Source of the DNA: Opitutaceae bacterium
Lineage (GTDB): Bacteria; Verrucomicrobiota; Verrucomicrobiia; Opitutales; Opitutaceae
Length of the DNA stretch: 41,832 nt
Reading direction: 5' to 3'
NCBI GenBank assembly: GCA_046704465.1
Contig: JBJKRV010000097.1
Coordinates: 1 to 41,832 of the forward strand
A model generated the notes under the pieces. It saw only the letters and a program-made list of their open reading frames with translations. It had not been told where the DNA came from and ran no database searches. Position 1 is the first letter of the stretch. Every line of letters begins with the position of its first letter. The position numbers were made by a program, and so were the translations under genes. Shown here one piece after another: positions 6,834-16,643 of the stretch.

Positions 6834-7538
6834 TCAATATCCGACGCTCAGCGTCCATCCGAACGCCGTGCTCTGGTCGGACCCGCTGTTTTTGACGACG
6901 AATGCATTCGCCGCTTTGGCGACCGAAATGGTGCCGATATAATCGCTCTGCGCCTCCGGCATGATGGATACCTGGTAGTCAGTGGTGCCGACATCCGTGA
7001 TGGCCACCGTGACACCGCTGCTCCCGGCGAAAACACCGCTCCCACGCTGAAAATATTGGCTGAATTTGACCTTGGCAGCGGAAATTTCATCGGCCGGAAT
7101 CATGGCGTCGGTGACGCCCGTCACCGTGATATCGACCGTCCGCAAATCCCATACCGAGCTGGCGTCTATGTTCCCAGACCCGTCTGTTTGGAAACCTCCT
7201 ATTTGGCGCGACGTGGCCGCAGTCCATCCGGTAGGATATGTGGAATTTTTGGAGAGCATAAAAACAGGGACGGATCCGACCAGCGGGATACAGGCGTAAA
7301 TATAATAGGTAGCGGATGCATCAAATGCCGCTCCGCTATCCAGATCCGCAACACCGAGATCCGTGTCCTCGTCGACAATCAGCACGGCAGGTTCGACGAC
7401 CACGAAAAATTCCGCCCAAATGCGGAGGGTTTGGGCGGCCTGTTTGGACAAAAAATACTCTCGCGATGGGCCGCGCACCGTATAATCGCCCATTAGCGCA
7501 ATGGATCCACTCGTGTTGAAAAGGGTTTTATTTGCCAC
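6834..7538 (-). CDS. Hypothetical tail fibre / structural protein
   Basis: Position in the fibre module and a beta-rich sequence. Confidence 0.55.
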   Translation of the reverse strand: MANKTLFNTSGSIALMGDYTVRGPSREYFLSKQAAQTLRIWAEFFVVVEPAVLIVDEDTDLGVADLDSGAAFDASATYYIYACIPLVGSVPVFMLSKNSTYPTGWTAATSRQIGGFQTDGSGNIDASSVWDLRTVDITVTGVTDAMIPADEISAAKVKFSQYFQRGSGVFAGSSGVTVAITDVGTTDYQVSIMPEAQSDYIGTISVAKAANAFVVKNSGSDQSTAFGWTLSVGY

Positions 7539-7905
7539 GGATTACCTCCTCGTGTTTGCGCTCAAGCTCGGCGACCTCTGAGCGTAGGTCGACAACCGCC
7601 CTATGTGCTTTCCGATGGCTCAACATGGCCTCGTCCCAGGTGCGCCTGGCCTCTATAAGCCGCTGCCGCGCTTCCATCAATTGCCTCGCGACGGCCGCCG
7701 ATGCGTCTTCTTTTTCCGCGTCCAATTGTCGTGCCACGATCACATTATTCCGAAGGATCTGGAACTCCTGGGCCGTGATCTTGACACGCTTCAGATCCTT
7801 CTTTTTAAGCCCGTCCAAAAATTCGATGGCGCGGGCTGGCGGCAAATCCATGGCGAGATTATAAATATCCTCGCGGGTGCCGATCTCCCTTGGAATTCTG
7901 CGCAT
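7528..7905 (-). CDS. Coiled-coil hypothetical protein in the tail module
   Basis: The ORF has charged heptad-like segments. Confidence 0.55.
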   Translation of the reverse strand: MRRIPREIGTREDIYNLAMDLPPARAIEFLDGLKKKDLKRVKITAQEFQILRNNVIVARQLDAEKEDASAAVARQLMEARQRLIEARRTWDEAMLSHRKAHRAVVDLRSEVAELERKHEEVIRGK

Positions 7906-7914
7906 GTCCCCCCC

Positions 7915-8622
7915 TTAGTTTTTTAGCCAGCATACGAGCCATGATATATAGCCGCCGGTAGCCGCATTGATTTTGAACGGAACCACTCCGGACATGCCGG
8001 ATACATCCAGGTCTTGGCTATGAGTTCCGACATTGAAACCGGACATTAGCGTACCATTCAGATATAGGGAGCAATTGGTCCCTCCGTTGAAGAAGCTTAC
8101 CGACAGCGTCGATGCTCCATTCGGGACAAGAACATAGCAGTCGATGATGGTCCACGGGTTGGAGGTATCGGCATCCATCCGTTGTGTAATGGTCAATACC
8201 GGGACCATATCAGAAGCCAGCTTCGGCGCCGTCACCTTGCCGTCGCCAATCGTCAGCGCATTGGACCCCGTCACATCCCCCGTGTGAGAGGCATGCGAAA
8301 TCGTCCGGTCGGCACTCAGCGCACCGCCACCACTCAATCCGGTCCCGGCGTTTACCGAGATCTGGCTGCATTTGTCTGCGTCCTTGGCCCGACCGGTGAC
8401 CAGGTCTATAGCCGATAGCCACGCGTTATTTACGGTATTCCGCAGCTTGAATAGACTGTTTCCGGTATCGGACCATCCTTGCCCGGCAACCGGATTCGAC
8501 GGTTCCGAGGCTCCTGAGAACATCGATCGAAGCGTTTTGAGCATCAGCTCGATGTTGGTCATAATGAGATCGGCGGATTTTCCGACGGCCACATAAAGAC
8601 TGCTATCCCAATCCTGGCTCAT
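7915..8622 (-). CDS. Tail fibre protein
   Basis: The N-terminus ...PSNPVAGQGWSDTGNSLFKLRNTVNNAW is typical of phage fibre N-terminal domains. Confidence 0.6.
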   Translation of the reverse strand: MSQDWDSSLYVAVGKSADLIMTNIELMLKTLRSMFSGASEPSNPVAGQGWSDTGNSLFKLRNTVNNAWLSAIDLVTGRAKDADKCSQISVNAGTGLSGGGALSADRTISHASHTGDVTGSNALTIGDGKVTAPKLASDMVPVLTITQRMDADTSNPWTIIDCYVLVPNGASTLSVSFFNGGTNCSLYLNGTLMSGFNVGTHSQDLDVSGMSGVVPFKINAATGGYISWLVCWLKN

Positions 8623-8631
8623 GCCATCTCC

Positions 8632-11115
8632 CTATGCGATGCCGGTGTAGGCGCTCATGTTGAGCGCGAGGCAATAGAGGTTCGAATCAAGGGTCGGATC
8701 CGTCAGAGAGATCACGACATAGATATATCGCGCCTCGACCTCGGCCGCCTGGAGCGCGAAGTATTTCACTTCCGTGAAGTTGGTTCCGTCCGTTGAATAG
8801 AAGAGCGATGCCTTTAGCTGTCCGGCTCCGGTAGAGGCGAAAATCTCGGCGAAGGATCGATCGGCAGCGTCGACCGATGCAAAATCCGCCGGATCCGGCA
8901 GCACGCCTCCGAACGTTCCGGCCGAGCTGACAAAATCCGTGACGAAATCCCCCCAGACCCGCACCTTCTCGACCGCTCCCAAATCCCGCGTCGGGCTCGT
9001 CCATGTGCCTGTCAATACGCCGCTTGTATGGCTGCATTTTAGGGCATCGTCCGTGCCATAGAGGGCATATTCCGTGTTGCTGAAAGTTCCGATCCCGTTG
9101 AAATCCCAGGTCCAGGCATCAAGCGAAGAAAACCCCGGCGGAATGAATACGGTGGCCGTGGCGCTGACGGCCGTGCCATAGGTCCCGGAATTGTTCCGCG
9201 GCGCCACCCAAAACGTGTATGTCCCGGGATGCAGGCCGGCCAGGCGGATGTTGCAGCTCTTGTCATAGCTCAGGAAAATCCCGCCGTCCCAGGACGATCC
9301 GATCCGCGTCTCGTACCCGTCAATGTCCGGATCCGTCAGCGGCGTCGCAAATAGGCTCACCGAGTCCCCGTTCGCCACCGCCGCAAGGTCGCTAATGGAT
9401 CCCGGCGCAGAGATCCCGTCCTGTATGGTCCGGCTGACCGTGTGCGCCGAGTTGAAGTCCTGCTCGACGCCGTAGACGTTCACGCTCTGAATCTTGCAGT
9501 CGTAGGTCGCACCCTCCTGGACCGGATCGAGCTGATAATCCCCCTGGCTCGTGGTCTGGAATTTCCAGGCCCCGCCATTGATCCGGATCCAGATGTTCGC
9601 GTGCTTCCACCAGGGATAATCCGTGGCCGCCGGCGCCGAAAACCCGATGTTCCACCGCGTGAATGTCCGCCCCCGGTAGTCGTAGGATTCCTGCGCCTCG
9701 GTAACATTGATGACGCCGGCGACGGCTCCGGTCGGATCCGGCAGGGTGGTCTCGTATCGCGTCTTGGCCAGCGGGTTGTAGACCTGATCGTAAAGCTCGG
9801 CCTTTTCCTCGATCAGCGTCAGCGCCGTCAGATGCGTCGCCGGATCCAGGTCGACCTGGCCGACCCGGAAGGTCCTGGACGTCCAGCCCGGAATGTCATG
9901 GGTCAGCGTGACCAAATCGCTCACGTCCAGTTGAGCGCACCGGTCCCGGAAGCTTCCGGTCGCCTTATGCCCCCAACGCGCCCGCTCCAGGACATAGTCC
10001 GCCATCGGCTTGACCAGCGACAGGTCGTTCAGCCCCGGCAGATCGATCGACAGCTCGCGCTCGTCCTCTCCGCTCGTCACGGCGTCCGGATCCATGAGGC
10101 TGTATTGGTCTTTCACCCAGTTGAGTTCCGAGGAGTAGAATGTCGCGACGACCTTGTTCGGACGATCCTGCAACGTGGCCACGGGCTTGATCGACAGACT
10201 GCTCGTGTCCGACCCCCGGGCCACGTCGTCCATGGTCAGGTCCATTACCGTGTTTTCGTAGCCCAGGTCGTGGTATTTGATGAAGTATTTCGTCTGGCTG
10301 TAGATGATCTCGCCCCGGAAGCAATTCAGGATCGGCTGGATCGAGTCGGTGAACCCTTTGCCCAGGGTGATGGGCGCGTTGAAGGTCCAGCCCTTGGTGT
10401 TGCAATAGTCCCGGGCGGCGGCCACGCTGGCCACGTCGATGCGCTCGGTGGTCTGGGCCTCGTGCCATTTCCCGATCCCCATGCCGCCCCGCACGCTCGG
10501 CCGGGTCAACCGGTCGTAGAGCACCAGGGCGTCGTTCGGCGAAAAGAAGATGCTGTCGAGGTCCGGATCGTAGAGCAAAAGACCCTCCAGCCCGCAGGTC
10601 ACATCCGGAATCCCGAGCCACTTGTTGGAATCCCATTTCAGCCGAAGATAGAGGTACGCCGTATACTGGTAGCAATCCGTCCATTCCGGAATCGCCGCGT
10701 TGAGCGTCGCGCAAACGGTCTGGTCGGCCGTGCCGGTGAACAGCTCGTAATGGACGTAATCGCTCCCCCAGTCGGTCCACAACTTCCCGTCAAGAAACAG
10801 TTGATCCACCCCGTCGACCTGGTGCCATCCGTTGATCGGCCCCTCGCCGAGCGTATATATAAGGTGCACGTACTGGTTGTCGGACCCGGTCGTTCCGGCA
10901 TAGGCCCGGTTCCCGCCGACCCGGCAGTATCCGTAAAGCAATGGCTTTTTCGATCCCGTGGAACTCGTATTGACCAGGACCCCGAGCCCCTTGCTGGCCG
11001 CCGCGTCTTCTTGCGCCGCGTGCTCCTGCCGCTGTTGCTCGTAGCGGGCGACGATGTTGCTCAACACCAGCAACGCCACCAGCTTGATCAATCCGAGTAC
11101 CGTGAAAAACGCCAT
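8632..11115 (-). CDS. Host specificity / central tail protein (lambda J-like or GTA ORFg15-like)
   Basis: 827 aa, positioned after the DUF2163-like gene. It has an N-terminal transmembrane-like segment followed by LLYGYCRVGGN...YTLGEGPINGW. Confidence 0.8.
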   Translation of the reverse strand: MAFFTVLGLIKLVALLVLSNIVARYEQQRQEHAAQEDAAASKGLGVLVNTSSTGSKKPLLYGYCRVGGNRAYAGTTGSDNQYVHLIYTLGEGPINGWHQVDGVDQLFLDGKLWTDWGSDYVHYELFTGTADQTVCATLNAAIPEWTDCYQYTAYLYLRLKWDSNKWLGIPDVTCGLEGLLLYDPDLDSIFFSPNDALVLYDRLTRPSVRGGMGIGKWHEAQTTERIDVASVAAARDYCNTKGWTFNAPITLGKGFTDSIQPILNCFRGEIIYSQTKYFIKYHDLGYENTVMDLTMDDVARGSDTSSLSIKPVATLQDRPNKVVATFYSSELNWVKDQYSLMDPDAVTSGEDERELSIDLPGLNDLSLVKPMADYVLERARWGHKATGSFRDRCAQLDVSDLVTLTHDIPGWTSRTFRVGQVDLDPATHLTALTLIEEKAELYDQVYNPLAKTRYETTLPDPTGAVAGVINVTEAQESYDYRGRTFTRWNIGFSAPAATDYPWWKHANIWIRINGGAWKFQTTSQGDYQLDPVQEGATYDCKIQSVNVYGVEQDFNSAHTVSRTIQDGISAPGSISDLAAVANGDSVSLFATPLTDPDIDGYETRIGSSWDGGIFLSYDKSCNIRLAGLHPGTYTFWVAPRNNSGTYGTAVSATATVFIPPGFSSLDAWTWDFNGIGTFSNTEYALYGTDDALKCSHTSGVLTGTWTSPTRDLGAVEKVRVWGDFVTDFVSSAGTFGGVLPDPADFASVDAADRSFAEIFASTGAGQLKASLFYSTDGTNFTEVKYFALQAAEVEARYIYVVISLTDPTLDSNLYCLALNMSAYTGIA

Positions 11116-11120
11116 TGCCG

Positions 11121-11735
11121 TTACCCCTTAGGCCCCCACCAGATCTTCTTTTCCTGTATGCTCGGTAGCCACCGGTCGCCGCCGAAGTGCACCGTGTTTC
11201 CCAGTTCCGCGCACTTGTCATAGGTCTGGTCGCATGTGCCCGTTCCGGCATATCCGCATTCGGTCCCCATGAACGGCCACGGGCAGCTCGCCATGGATTC
11301 CCGTCCGGTCGATTTGTTCCAGAAAAGCAGCTCGTTCGCGATCGTGATCTTGACCGCATCCTCGAGGACTTCGAAGTCGTCGACCATTCCCTTGAACAGG
11401 TCATAGGAAGCGATCTCCTGCCCCGTGTCTCCGATGGCCATAAAGGAAATCGTGCACCACTCTCCCAGGATCCCGCTGTTGAAGATGATGGACGACGGGA
11501 TCAGGTCCGCATTTCCGATCTGGAAATCCACCCGGGCCACCGATAGCCCGGCCCCGCCCGACACCTTCCCGATGGAAAGCGGCCGGTTGGAGTCGTATCG
11601 GTTCCCGCCGTAGTACCGGTCGATGTCTCCGGACGTGACGTAAAGCGGCGAAGAGAATTCACACGCCACCATCCAGGCCACGCTCGCATGGCCCGAAAGC
11701 AGTTGCGCGATCAATCCCGCCGGCCAGTTCTTCAC
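11121..11735 (-). CDS. Distal tail protein, DUF2163 / BR0599-like (GTA ORFg13-like)
   Basis: The C-terminal Cys-rich motif is CPWPFMGTECGYAGTGTCDQTYDKCAELGNTVHFGG. Confidence 0.75.
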   Translation of the reverse strand: MKNWPAGLIAQLLSGHASVAWMVACEFSSPLYVTSGDIDRYYGGNRYDSNRPLSIGKVSGGAGLSVARVDFQIGNADLIPSSIIFNSGILGEWCTISFMAIGDTGQEIASYDLFKGMVDDFEVLEDAVKITIANELLFWNKSTGRESMASCPWPFMGTECGYAGTGTCDQTYDKCAELGNTVHFGGDRWLPSIQEKKIWWGPKG

Positions 11736-12304
11736 GCCTTCACCCCCTTGAGATCGATCGCCTGAAACCCGAACAGCAACGCAGAAAACATGCTCCGCGT
11801 CATCTTGTCCTGGGCAAACCGAGCCAGGATCCGAAGATACCCGGAAAAATCCGCCGTGATGATCCCGCCTTCCGCCGGCGCCGCCGCGAACTGGACCCGA
11901 TCCGAGGCCGCGTCCCCGCCGCCGGTCAGGATCGTGATGCCGGACGCCTGCACCGCGTCGTCGACGTAAATGACCTGCGAGGCCGTGCCCTTCCCGGGCA
12001 GGTCCCAGATCGTCGTGGCCCCGTCGGCCGTGCCCACGTATTGCGTCGCGTAATCGAGCGCGGCCAGGTCATAGATCGCGAACGTCTTCCCGGCCCCTTT
12101 CTGGGCGCAGTAGAATGCCCAGAGCACGGCCATTTCGGACTCGGAGATCCGCTGGTTGAAGCGCACGGTCACGTCATACAGCGGCCAGGTCCGACGGCTC
12201 CGCCGTTGCTCCGCCGCGCTGTCCAGCCCCGAGATCAGCGTGTCAAAGACCGGCGTGATGTCGAGCGGGTCCGCGATCGGGATCGTTGTCGGAAATTGGT
12301 CCAT
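11732..12304 (-). CDS. Distal tail protein, DUF2460-like (GTA ORFg12-like)
   Basis: The internal ATG at 12304 (MDQFPTTIP...) lies directly after the tape-measure stop. The upstream part of track ORF 11732..12862 overlaps the tape measure gene. Confidence 0.7.
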   Translation of the reverse strand: MDQFPTTIPIADPLDITPVFDTLISGLDSAAEQRRSRRTWPLYDVTVRFNQRISESEMAVLWAFYCAQKGAGKTFAIYDLAALDYATQYVGTADGATTIWDLPGKGTASQVIYVDDAVQASGITILTGGGDAASDRVQFAAAPAEGGIITADFSGYLRILARFAQDKMTRSMFSALLFGFQAIDLKGVKA

Positions 12305-12306
12305 GC

Positions 12307-15024
12307 CTACGTCCTTGACCGAATGGTATGCCGAAGACTGCCGTTGTCCTTGATGTTCTGCCCGACGGCCCCGATCATCGCGGAATGCACCGGGCCGCCG
12401 TTGGCGATGTCGCTTGCCACCGCGCCGATAATGATGTCCACGTCGCCGTTGGGATATGTCTGCTTCGAAACCGGGCCGCCGCTGTAATTGAAGACGTTCA
12501 CCGTCGATCCCCCGCCGGAAAGCGCAGACGCGACGCCCGCCGCCTGGCCTTCCGTCAAAACGACTTCCTTCCGCTTCAGGATCGCAGCGATCTCGTCGTT
12601 CCCGAGCCCGGTGTGATATCGTGGGGCTCCGAAGTAGAGCGAGGCCGGAACGTTCCGGGTAAATGCCCAGTCGCTCCCGGCCACGCCGCCCCCGTGCATC
12701 CCGAAGGCAGTGGTCATGCCGGATCCGAGCTCGATCGGCGACCCGATGTTCATCCCGCTCCCGAACAATCCGGTGATCCAGTCCCCGATCGAACCCGTCG
12801 CCTGCCCGAGCACCCCGCCGCCGAGCGATGACTTCCCGCCGTTCGCCCCGCCGAAAAGCCATTCCTTGGTCATTTGCCCGAGCGAGTCCGACGCCGCCCT
12901 GGCGATGGTATTGAATATCCCGACGACATAATCCCCGAACGTCTTAAACTTGTTCGTCATGACGTCGAAGTAAAAGTTGCTGAAATTCTGCTCCATCGCT
13001 TTGGCCGTCCGCCTGCTGAACTGCTGCATGGCGAGGTCCGATTCCTGGCTCTTTTGTACCAACAGATCCAGGGATCTGGATTGCACGGCGTCCCGGTCCC
13101 GTGCCTCGATGAGCCAGGAATCCGTGTAACCCTTGTTGTCGTCCTCCAGGGACTTGATCCTCGACTTATCCAGCTTGACCTGGATATCCGAAGCCGCTTT
13201 GTCCTTCGCCACCAACAGATCCAGGGATCTGGATTGCACGGCGTCCCGGTCCCGGGCCTCGATGAGCCAGGAATCCGTGTAACCCTTGTTGTCGTCCTCC
13301 AGGGACTTGATCCTCGACTTATTCAGCTTGACCTGGATATCCGAAGCCGCCTTGTCCTTCGCCACCAAGATATCAACGGTCCGAGACTGGACGTTGTAGT
13401 AATCGTCGGCCTGGACCTGCCAGATATCCTTCAGCTTCTTCCCGCGCGCGATGGCGGCCTTGATTGCGGGGTCGCTTGAGATGTCGAGGGGTGGAGGATT
13501 CGGCTCATATGTCGTCCCCGACGGCACCGCCATGGTCATGCCCGGGTTTGCCTCCGGGGTTTCGTTATATAAATTCGGCTTGGGGGCCGTCGCCTGGTTA
13601 AGCCTGTCGAACACGGTCCAGGCCGTTGAAAAAGGCCCGCTCGCACCCCTCGCGGCGACCTTCCCGAGCCAACTCGTAATGCCGAGAAGCCAATCCCCAT
13701 TGGTCTGAGGCGCCAAGTCTTTGATGCTCTGGGCCAGGCCGTTGATGCGGTCCATGGTCGAGCCGAGCGCCCCGGACTCCATGGCTCCCCCGATTCGGAC
13801 GATCGAGTTGGCGATGTTCGTCAGAACCCCGGCGGTCGTCTTGAGCCGCTCCGTGTCGCGTAAAAACTTCTGGTTCCACTGGATCGTATGGGTCTTCTGG
13901 TCGATCGTGGCCACGCTATCCAGGATCGATTTCAGGTCGGTCTTGACCGTCTCGAAAATGGGTTCCGAGACCGTCCCCGAGGTCTGCTTCCAGAGATCGA
14001 TAAAATTGCTTAAAATGCCGTTCCAGGTATTCTGCGTAGCAACCCCGGCATCGGAAAAGGCGGAGAGCCGGTTCATCAAAAAATCGAACAGGCCCTGGGC
14101 GTCGTCCTTATACTTCGCGATGTCGGAGTTTCTGAGCCCCAGCACCGTGGCGATCCGGCTCGTACGGGGGTTGATGGCGCCCGTGAGGAGGGATCGCGTC
14201 TCCTCTCCCATCTGATCCATGGGCAGCCCGATGGCTCCCGCCGCCTGCACCATCGCCGTGTTGAATTTCATGACCTGGTCGGTATTGAACCCCCGCGCGA
14301 GCGCCACGGGGAGCGCCTCCTGGTAGCTCCGGATCATCTGATCCAGGGTCGCTATGGTCTTGAAATTCTCGCCCTGCAGCTCTTTCGACGCACTCACGGC
14401 ATAGGCCTGCGCGGTCTGGAATGCCTTCAGCCCGGTCAACGTTTTCCCGGTGAATTGGTCGACGTATTTCCCGTTCGAGAGATACGCCGCAGCAATGCCG
14501 ACCTGTGCCGTCTCGATAGTGGATTGGTACTTGAAGACCAGGTCGTTCATGAGCTGGAAGGCTTCGACCGTGGCGAAGCGAAGCACAATGAATTTTCCTG
14601 CGATGGCGGTCAGCGATCCGCTCAACCCGGAGAACCCGCTTGTTCCGGATTTGGCCGCTTCCTGAAGCTTTCCGCCGGTATTCTTGGCCTCGGCCCCGAG
14701 CGCAGCGAGTTTTTCCTTGGCGCTTTTCTGCGCGGCGGCGATGTCCCGGGCCGATGCCGTTCCGGAATTTTTGATCTCGTTGAATGCGGCGATGACCTTG
14801 TCGCGCTCTGCGGAGATGTCGAGCGAACTCCGGATATCGAGGGTACGGAAGGCTTCCTTGAGTTTATCCACAGGGGCCTTCATACGCTCCAGGCTGGCAG
14901 AGGCCTTGTCTGCCATCTGCTGGACCCCGGCCGCGATCTGCTTCGTGTTGGCGATGATCTGCGCAAACGCCGCCTCGCTGCGGTTCATCATCTCGACGGT
15001 GATGTTGACCTGGTTCTCGCTCAT
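12307..15024 (-). CDS. Tail tape measure protein
   Basis: 905 aa, helical and Gly-rich, positioned downstream of the chaperone gene. Confidence 0.9.
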   Translation of the reverse strand: MSENQVNITVEMMNRSEAAFAQIIANTKQIAAGVQQMADKASASLERMKAPVDKLKEAFRTLDIRSSLDISAERDKVIAAFNEIKNSGTASARDIAAAQKSAKEKLAALGAEAKNTGGKLQEAAKSGTSGFSGLSGSLTAIAGKFIVLRFATVEAFQLMNDLVFKYQSTIETAQVGIAAAYLSNGKYVDQFTGKTLTGLKAFQTAQAYAVSASKELQGENFKTIATLDQMIRSYQEALPVALARGFNTDQVMKFNTAMVQAAGAIGLPMDQMGEETRSLLTGAINPRTSRIATVLGLRNSDIAKYKDDAQGLFDFLMNRLSAFSDAGVATQNTWNGILSNFIDLWKQTSGTVSEPIFETVKTDLKSILDSVATIDQKTHTIQWNQKFLRDTERLKTTAGVLTNIANSIVRIGGAMESGALGSTMDRINGLAQSIKDLAPQTNGDWLLGITSWLGKVAARGASGPFSTAWTVFDRLNQATAPKPNLYNETPEANPGMTMAVPSGTTYEPNPPPLDISSDPAIKAAIARGKKLKDIWQVQADDYYNVQSRTVDILVAKDKAASDIQVKLNKSRIKSLEDDNKGYTDSWLIEARDRDAVQSRSLDLLVAKDKAASDIQVKLDKSRIKSLEDDNKGYTDSWLIEARDRDAVQSRSLDLLVQKSQESDLAMQQFSRRTAKAMEQNFSNFYFDVMTNKFKTFGDYVVGIFNTIARAASDSLGQMTKEWLFGGANGGKSSLGGGVLGQATGSIGDWITGLFGSGMNIGSPIELGSGMTTAFGMHGGGVAGSDWAFTRNVPASLYFGAPRYHTGLGNDEIAAILKRKEVVLTEGQAAGVASALSGGGSTVNVFNYSGGPVSKQTYPNGDVDIIIGAVASDIANGGPVHSAMIGAVGQNIKDNGSLRHTIRSRT
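13058..13368. repeat. 153-bp (51-aa) tandem duplication inside the tape measure gene
   Basis: Copies lie at 13058-13210 and 13211-13363. I see 3 mismatches between them. Confidence 0.9.
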
Positions 15025-15300
15025 TCAATTCTCCAGTCGCAGCGTTTCCGGCACATCGCGCAGGCTTCCGGGTGCCGGCACTTCGGAGCGCTCGATGGGT
15101 CCGATTTCCCGGCCCCGGCTTCGAGATCCACCCCGAAAAACTTGCAGAGCCCGATCACGGATTCCCGGTAGAGGATTTCTCGTTCGATGTGCTTGAGCCA
15201 GTCGTCGGCTTCTCTTGGGGTGCATCCCCATCGGACGGCATCCCGGCGGGTGATGTCTCCCCGGCAGAGGGCGACGACGCATCGGCTTGGCCAATCGGAG
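15021..15300 (-). CDS. Putative -1 frame extension of the chaperone (T-like part of a G-T fusion)
   Basis: The -1 frame reads ...ITRRDAVRWGCTPREADDWLKHIEREILYRESVIGLCKFFGVDLE... with high third-position GC. It has no in-frame ATG. Its TGA (15021-15023) overlaps the tape measure ATG. Confidence 0.35.
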
Positions 15301-15685
15301 GTAAATGCGCCGTCAGGGTCTCGATCATCCGCACGGCCAGGCGGCCCAGCCGGCCCGCGATGGAGCTGACCGGGTTGCAGTCGAAAAAATCGTTCAGCAC
15401 CTCCGAGGCCGTGGTCGACGTGACGGAAAAGAGAAGCTCCTGCGTCAGCTCATCGATATTTTTGTCCCGGATTGCCGTTCCCTCGGGGATCAGGAGGATG
15501 GCGAGGAGGCGCCCCATCCGCCCCTTGTCGGAGACCTCCTGCAGGATGTCGTTCAGCCCTCGACCGGTGATCGCGATCCCGTCCAGGACCTTGAGGAGCT
15601 GTTCCCACTGGCCCAGGACCAGCTCCCGCTGGAAGTATTTCGTTTCCCCGATGGTGTATTTGGCAGATTCCACGATTTCCCCCAT
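15155..15685 (-). CDS. Tail assembly chaperone (G-like)
   Basis: Lies between the tail tube and tape measure genes. The C-terminus is low-complexity. Confidence 0.65.
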   Translation of the reverse strand: MGEIVESAKYTIGETKYFQRELVLGQWEQLLKVLDGIAITGRGLNDILQEVSDKGRMGRLLAILLIPEGTAIRDKNIDELTQELLFSVTSTTASEVLNDFFDCNPVSSIAGRLGRLAVRMIETLTAHLPPIGQADASSPSAGETSPAGMPSDGDAPQEKPTTGSSTSNEKSSTGNP

Positions 15686-15700
15686 TTTTTTAGAATGCGT

Positions 15701-16624
15701 TCAGGTCAGCGCGATCGACCACTCGTCGTCGCCGGCGTTCCGGTTCAGTTGGCAGTTGATCCCGAGGGTCGCGATCCCGCCGCGGTTCGCCTCGGCGAGG
15801 TCGTGGTACTGGACCTTCGGCGCGGTGATGGTGACGATGTTCCCCGGCGTGGCCCCAAGCACCGCCGTGAGCGCCCCTTCCGCTCCTGACCGCATCTTTC
15901 CGAAGAAGTCGTAGGTCGCGACCGTCACCATCTCTGGGTCGATCGAGAGCGCGCCCTTCCGGATGGTGGAGATCCGCGCGCTCTGGTAGCCTGAAGAGGC
16001 GTTGATGTCCTTCCGAAGGGTGACCGTGTTCCCCATCTTGAACTGGAGGCTCTGGACGATCGCGGCATAGGCGTCGACCGTGAAGGTCGCCCCTAAAAAT
16101 GCCGGAGGAATCGTGGCGTCGTAGGCCATCCCCGTGAGAAGCGCCGCATCCGCCACCGAGAAATCCGCCAGGGTGAAGAGAAAGGAAAGTGCCGCCGGCT
16201 TCCCGGCTTCGAGCTTCCATGAGACGTCGCCCCGGCCGCCCCAGGCCTTCTTCACGATCCCGTCCATGTACATGGCGAGGGTGATGGACGGGATCTGATC
16301 CGATGCCGGCGCGTAGGTGACCGATGTCCCGGCGACGATCACCTCGTCGCACCCGCAGGCCTTCATGAGCTCGCCCCACTCCGGAGGCGTGCCCGTGACA
16401 CCGCTGCCCTTCAGCTCGACGTCGAAGCCCAGGGTCGCCGAGCGGCTCCCGGGAATCGAGGCGAACTGGGAAAGGGAAGAGGACACCAACGTCCGGTCCG
16501 TGTTTTCCGGCTTGGGAGTGAACACGGGGTTTGCGACCAGGAAGGCTTCCGCCGCGGTCAGGACCTCGGCGACGCCTTCCGTCGCCTCCACTTTTCCCGC
16601 CATGACAACTCTGTTCGAAAGCAT
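15701..16624 (-). CDS. Major tail (tube) protein
   Basis: 307 aa and beta-rich, positioned upstream of the chaperone. Confidence 0.7.
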   Translation of the reverse strand: MLSNRVVMAGKVEATEGVAEVLTAAEAFLVANPVFTPKPENTDRTLVSSSLSQFASIPGSRSATLGFDVELKGSGVTGTPPEWGELMKACGCDEVIVAGTSVTYAPASDQIPSITLAMYMDGIVKKAWGGRGDVSWKLEAGKPAALSFLFTLADFSVADAALLTGMAYDATIPPAFLGATFTVDAYAAIVQSLQFKMGNTVTLRKDINASSGYQSARISTIRKGALSIDPEMVTVATYDFFGKMRSGAEGALTAVLGATPGNIVTITAPKVQYHDLAEANRGGIATLGINCQLNRNAGDDEWSIALT

Positions 16625-16643
16625 GCTTTGCTCCTCTCGGTGT

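Noticed and set aside
9442-11223. Long + strand ORF (593 aa) antisense to the host-specificity gene. Similar cases are 18910..20787 (+), 922..1944 (-), 22805..23590 (+) and 15072..15914 (+).
   Set aside because: These are typical spurious antisense ORFs of high-GC DNA. They are Arg/Pro/Gly-rich and each fully overlaps a gene with clear phage or enzyme homology.
11732-12862. Full 376-aa reading of ORF 11732..12862 (-)
   Set aside because: The first 186 codons overlap the tape measure gene and are Arg-rich. A sensible start (MDQFPTT) lies right after the tape measure stop.
15025-15294. Track ORF 15025..15294 (-) as the T part of the tail chaperone
   Set aside because: It is in the +1 frame relative to G, not -1. 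By hand count its third-position GC is low (8 of 28), and its translation is Arg-rich. The unlisted -1 frame fits better.
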